A DNA stretch of 63,751 nt, filler included. It is 11 parts of 11 records of this genome, joined end to end, with 100 filler letters (N's around TTAATTAATTAA, not from the genome) between each part and the next. Parts side by side here need not be neighbours in the genome. Positions count along the whole stretch, not along the records: positions 55,957 to 60,123 come from SRR7504441_14379; positions 60,224 to 63,751 come from SRR7504441_14478; 9 more parts are not named here. One strand, given 5' to 3'. Shown here in pieces: positions 58,853-63,751 of this stretch. The notes under the pieces are model-generated. The model saw nothing but the letters and a program-made list of their open reading frames with translations. It was not told where the DNA came from and made no database searches. The number at the start of each line of letters is the position of its first letter. Position 1 is the stretch's first letter. The position numbers and the translations under genes were made by a program.

Positions 58853-60088
58853 TCAACTCAAATCGGGAAGAGCCTTGATCTCGTTCACGACCTCTGCCAC
58901 AGCCTCATTTTGTTTGGACACTAGCCTCTCCATATTTTGGGCCGCAATTTGGACGTCCTGCTTGGCAGCCTTGACTTGCTCGCTGGAGGCGCCAGCCTTG
59001 ATCAGCCTAGCTACTTCGGCCTGAGCGGCTTTGTGTGTCGCAGCGGCCTTAGTCCGCTCCAATTCAATGCGCTTGACTTTGGCCGCATACTGCTCGTGCA
59101 CGTCACTGCTCTGAGAAGACTTGAGCAACAGCTCGGTCCCGTTGCTCTGAGTGGCACTGGCCGGTGGAGATGCGTGCTTGGCTTGCTCGGCCGCCCGCCG
59201 TTTGAGCTTGGGCATGTCGAGCGAGTACAGCTTGACTGCTGGGAGTGAAGCGTTCATCTGGGCGGCGTAAGCTTTGCTCTCGGCCTGCTGGGCCTGTTGC
59301 ATGTTGACTTTGGCAGCGTGCACGTCTTTTTCCGACTGTTCAAGCTTGGCCTTGAGCAGGTGCTCGGATTCGATCGCAGCCTGGCTGGCGGATCCACTCG
59401 CTTTCACATTAAGCTCAGCCTGGACTTTCTTGGCACTCGCCAGGTCCTGCTTCCGTTGCGCCACCTGCTTGAGTGCCGCCGCCTCCTTGTCCGCGGTGGC
59501 CTTGGCCTTTTCGATCTCTTTCTCCACCTGCAGACGGCTCAGCGGCCCAATGTAAGCTGTGCTGACCTGGTCGGTGATGGCCTCAAGCTTTTTCTTGGCC
59601 TGACTCACCTTGCGCTCGACCCCGGCCATCTGAATCTCGAAATCAACGTACTTTTGGTACATGCTGTGCGCCCGGCTCTTGGCGGTCTGCACCTTGGCCT
59701 GGTCGTCGGTGGACTTGGCTACTTGAACTGCGTCCTCGGTGGCTTTATCGGCTTCCTCCTTCAGACTGCCCATTCTGGCCTGGTCGAGCGCTTCCTCCTT
59801 CTTAGTCTCGGCCAGCTCTGCCTGCCCTCTCTTCTGTTGGTCTAACATGTCGAGCAGAGCCTTCCGCTCCTGCCCGGATCCAGCCGCGATCGCCCCCGCT
59901 TGCTTCTTGGCCTCCGCCAGGGCCTTGGCCGCGGCCTGGATGGCCTTGGTCTGCTCGCTCGACATGGCCCGCATCTTGGCCACATGGGCCATCTGGTCCT
60001 TGTAGTCTGCCGACCCGCACGCCGCACGGGCCTTGGCCTCCTCGCCCGCGGCCGCCTGTTTGCACGTGGCCTCGATCGCGGCCACCTG
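58853..60088 (-). CDS. Ala/Lys/Gln-rich coiled-coil protein, 5'-truncated
   Basis: ~410-aa open frame with heptad composition; preceded by an intron acceptor next to the gap. Confidence 0.7.
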   Translation of the reverse strand, partial: QVAAIEATCKQAAAGEEAKARAACGSADYKDQMAHVAKMRAMSSEQTKAIQAAAKALAEAKKQAGAIAAGSGQERKALLDMLDQQKRGQAELAETKKEEALDQARMGSLKEEADKATEDAVQVAKSTDDQAKVQTAKSRAHSMYQKYVDFEIQMAGVERKVSQAKKKLEAITDQVSTAYIGPLSRLQVEKEIEKAKATADKEAAALKQVAQRKQDLASAKKVQAELNVKASGSASQAAIESEHLLKAKLEQSEKDVHAAKVNMQQAQQAESKAYAAQMNASLPAVKLYSLDMPKLKRRAAEQAKHASPPASATQSNGTELLLKSSQSSDVHEQYAAKVKRIELERTKAAATHKAAQAEVARLIKAGASSEQVKAAKQDVQIAAQNMERLVSKQNEAVAEVVNEIKALPDLS

Positions 60089-60552
60089 CACCGGCCAGTG
60101 GGCGCGGGGGGGGGGGGGGGGGGNNNNNNNNNNNNNNNNNNNNNNNNNNNNNNNNNNNNNNNNNNNNTTAATTAATTAANNNNNNNNNNNNNNNNNNNNN
60201 NNNNNNNNNNNNNNNNNNNNNNNAAGTTGAGTATCTGGAGTCGATCCGTGGTGTTTGGATGCACCGATCCCGTGCGGGCGGCGTGCTTCTCGAAGTCGGC
60301 AAAGTCGTATCCGCTCTCGGCCGCATTGGAGCGGAAGATAGAATGGCCAACTCATCATCGCAATAAACGGTCTAGCTACTCGTAATCGCTCGAGTTCACG
60401 AATGCGATCCTTAGCTGAAGCAGCTCACGGCGGCTGGGTCCGTATCAGGGCAGGCTTGTCCTCCTTTTGTGACAGCAGTTGAATCGATTCCAACTCAGTG
60501 GATGGGTGGGTGGCTAGGTGGCACGCTCGCTCGCTGCCGGTACCGAGGCTGA

Positions 60553-63500
60553 ATGGACGCCCCATCGGGGGCTCGGGACACGAGCCCACCCGGGCTGCGC
60601 AGCCCCGGGGCGCCGGTGGTGCTGTTCAGCTCGCTGGTGGGGACTCAGCTCGAGTGCGTCCGCAGCCCGGTGGATGGCTGGACCGGCGAGCTGGTGGTGA
60701 TGAACTCGGAGGCGCTGTACGATGGGTTCAGGCGCAAGGGCCAGACGCTCAGGGTGCGGGACAGCGTGCGGACCAGCGTGAGCTACCACCATACTAGCAA
60801 CGGGTTTGTGCAGCACACCATGCTCCAGATGGACGGAAGCGACGTCCAGATGGGCGGCGGTCCGATCGAGGTCCGGGCGCGGGCCGGGCTGCGGGCGGTG
60901 GAGTATCTGTCCGAGGACTCTGCCTGGCAGTCGGCGGTTGGAGTGAAGGGGATGAGCAAGCTGCTGGCCGGGCTGATTGACTTCCTGAAGGCGCACGGTT
61001 ACTGCGAATGGGATGGGAAGCAGGGCGGCATGTTGGCTGCCGGGTATGACTGGCGGCTGATGCCGCGGGAGATGGAGGCGCGCGACGGGCTGATGACCCG
61101 GGTGGCGGCTCAGCTGGAGGCGATGGTGGCGGCAGACTGTGAGAAACGGCCGGCAGTTGTGGTCGCACATTCATACGGCTGTAAGGTGAGTAAATGGTTC
61201 CTGCACTGGTGCCACGAGCATCGCGGGGGCGATTGGGTTCGGAGGCATATAGGCCACTGGGTGCCGCTGGCAGGGCCGTGGGCAGGTGCTGTCAAAACTA
61301 TCCGCAACACCGTGATAGACGGCTCGTCCGGCTCGCAGCTCGACTTCATGTTCAGCACGAGTCAGCTGCTCACTATCTCGAGGAGCTGGCCCTCGATGCG
61401 CAACCTCCAGCCGACCGGGCTCTGGCTAGACGGACTGGAGCTTCCATTTCTGTACCTGCGGCGGGAGTCCTATCTACAGATCAGCCTCGGGCCGGTGCGT
61501 TGGGACGGTAAGGGCGCCGATCCTGGCCAGCCGCCTCCGTGTGACGGGAGCGAGTTGCAGCTCCGAGTGGCGCACCAGACGGCTCTGGCCAGCCATTCGT
61601 GGGAATTCCGGGAGGAGCATCCGTTTGTTGAAAAAATCACGTTTGTGGTGCCAAGCTCTACCGAGCGGGTTAAGGTTAAGGTGCGGATGAAGTCTTTATG
61701 CCGCGGCAAAGTTAATCTTGATTTTAAAGAGCTGCGAGCCGGGCTTGCTTCGAAGGAGCCTCTGACCTGTGATGAGTGCACTAGTCAGAGGGATGATCCA
61801 GTAAGAAACAAGCGGATTGAGGTCGACCTCTGCAAGGGCAGGGCCAAGGGCTGGAAGATCGAGCTCAGAGTAATGCTCACTTTCTCTTCCGACCTGGATA
61901 GCTGCTCACGGATTTCAGATCAGACTCACCCACTGGGCATGCACTCGGCAGGAGAGCCAGCTGAGCGGAGGACCTTCAACTCTTGCTACCAGAAGACGCT
62001 CGGGTGGGATCCGGCCTCCCAGCTGGTGCTGCAAAGGTTCATTGGGCTCTATGAACACGCTGCTGAGGCGTTTGAAGTACCTGGGCCTGATGGCACTTCG
62101 CTAGACATGACCTCCCCTCCACCAGAGAGCGTAGAAAGAGTCGACGCCTTCTATGGTGTAAACGTGCCCACACCTCGGACGTTATTCCTCAAGCACCGCA
62201 GCCCATTCAACTCTGGCGGTCCGCGCAAGTCGCTGCTTTCGCCATTCGAGTTCGATCACAAAGGCGATGCCGATGGCGTTGTCTCTTATGACGGGATCGG
62301 CTGGGAGACTGAAGATGTCCAACAGATCCGCCCAGACACCGGCAAAGTGATGTACCGCTCGGGGGATGGCACGGTGCCGTATCACAGCAGCCGGCTCATC
62401 GGGCGATGGGCACAGAGCTGCCAGCTTAGAATCCACGAGCTCAATGGTTGCGAGCATCGCCAGGTGTCTGAGGACGAGCGCATGCTCGAGCGCTTAAGGG
62501 AAATTCTGGGCTGTGAAGAGGCAATGCAGGAAAAGTCTCTGCTCGAGCGTTTTGCGTATATTCTTGTGCTGTTGAAGAGCTGCATTCTATTTTTCTGTTG
62601 CTTTGACATTAGCCAGTTCTTCCAGAGCAAGGAGGTCTGGAATGACCATGACCGTGGTCAAGGCTGCTTACAACGCTGCATGGACCACCGCTGGTGTGAA
62701 GTGGTCGCAAAAAGCGGCTGGAGAACGATGTCTGAACATCGCGGCAAGATGGTTGGGTGGATGTGGACAGCATCGCTGATTTGTACTCTCTGTTTGGTGC
62801 TCACACTGGTCAGCTACGCGGTACACCACAACGTCGGCTTTCTACAGGCTGTTGGCTGGTACGGAGGTGACGTCCACTTCGATACTACTGCAATTTCTCA
62901 CATCTGGCAAGCGACTACAGATGACTTCATTTCTATTGACTGGATAGTCATCGGGGTACACTTCATTATGTACAAAGGTAAAGTAGAGGGTGACACGTCG
63001 ACTTGCTCTCACGCTTTCATTAACTGTCGGCATCCTTCGGTCGGACTTCAAAGCGCCGACGATTATAATGCAGTTGATGACCTCTGTCCGATTGGCGGTG
63101 CTTCAACGGAACCATGTCAAGCTTGTTTTGAGGCATCTTTGTGGGTTCTTGGATTTGCAGTTCTCACGCTGGTGTTCCAGATCATTCAGGTGAGACTTGC
63201 GTATTACCGTGCAGATGCACTCACCGACTCACGAGGGGCGAAGCTGGGTGCAATGCTGGTTTGTGTAATCACCGTGACGCTGTACGCTGTTCTCATGGAT
63301 CAGTGGACCAAACGCTGTCTAGACTCAATCACCAACCCTGACGAATTCGTAAAGATATTCTTGCCTGGCAGCTACCAAGGTGGGGCGAATCCCAACTCAG
63401 GAGCTAACTGACCGCATGACTGCAGGTGACACATCGGGTCTGGTAGAGGAGCTTGAGGTTCAAACTTATGCTGGGTACTTTTTCATCTTTGTACCGATGC

Positions 63501-63688
63501 TCATTCAAGTGCCGGTCTTCCTAGTCCACTGCCTGACACCCGTGTCGGAGCCCTTCAACTCGGTGTGGTTGAAAGACAATTCCCAAGCTGAGCTGCGGCT
63601 CCATCGAGCTCAATCTGCGATGAGAAATGGCAAGGACTTTGCCGTCTTCTCCCTAGAAACGTCAAGTGGAGTCGAGGATCGGTTGTAA
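60553..63688 (+). CDS. LCAT/PDAT-like acyltransferase/phospholipase with C2-like insert and C-terminal multi-TM domain
   Basis: PVVLFSSLVGTQLE, AAGYDWRL, VVVAHSYG (nucleophile), GPWAGA, YGVNVPT, SGDGTVP (Asp), CEH (His). Four to five hydrophobic segments follow; intron 63380-63425 adds the last exon to TAA 63688. Confidence 0.82.
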
Positions 63689-63751
63689 TCGGTTGTCAGG
63701 ATTATAACAATTATAATGAATATATCAAGTTATCTTTATTCACTCCATAGT

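Noticed and set aside
4559-60223. Regularly recurring TTAATTAATTAA flanked by Ns as a biological repeat
   Set aside because: Identical 100-nt six-frame-stop assembly linkers. ORFs ending in X..N/LIN are artefacts.

Overview
This is eukaryotic, GC-rich, gene-dense genomic DNA, probably from a protist; the lineage cannot be assigned from sequence alone. It is not one locus: 11 contigs are joined by ten artificial 100-nt N-TTAATTAATTAA-N spacers, so adjacency across spacers means nothing. Genes use the standard code and carry very short spliceosomal introns (mostly 35-50 nt, GT-AG plus many GC-AG), which fragments the ORF track. I rebuilt gene models by hand. Recognisable housekeeping genes are ABCF2, INO80, DBP7/DDX31, an Mpv17/PMP22 protein and a MORN-repeat protein. 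The most unusual architectures are (1) a Roco-like LRR-degenerate ROC-COR protein ending in an apparently intact trypsin/HtrA-like protease, (2) an RNF213/mysterin-like giant AAA+ ATPase with an N-terminal NHL propeller, (3) a degenerate phosphonatase (PhnX) homolog facing a degenerate KdsB-like gene, (4) an LCAT-like lipase with a C2-like insert and a membrane tail, and (5) a MAM/IPT/discoidin surface protein. No rRNA, tRNA, CRISPR array or transposase was found. Family calls rest on motifs recognised by eye, with no database search.
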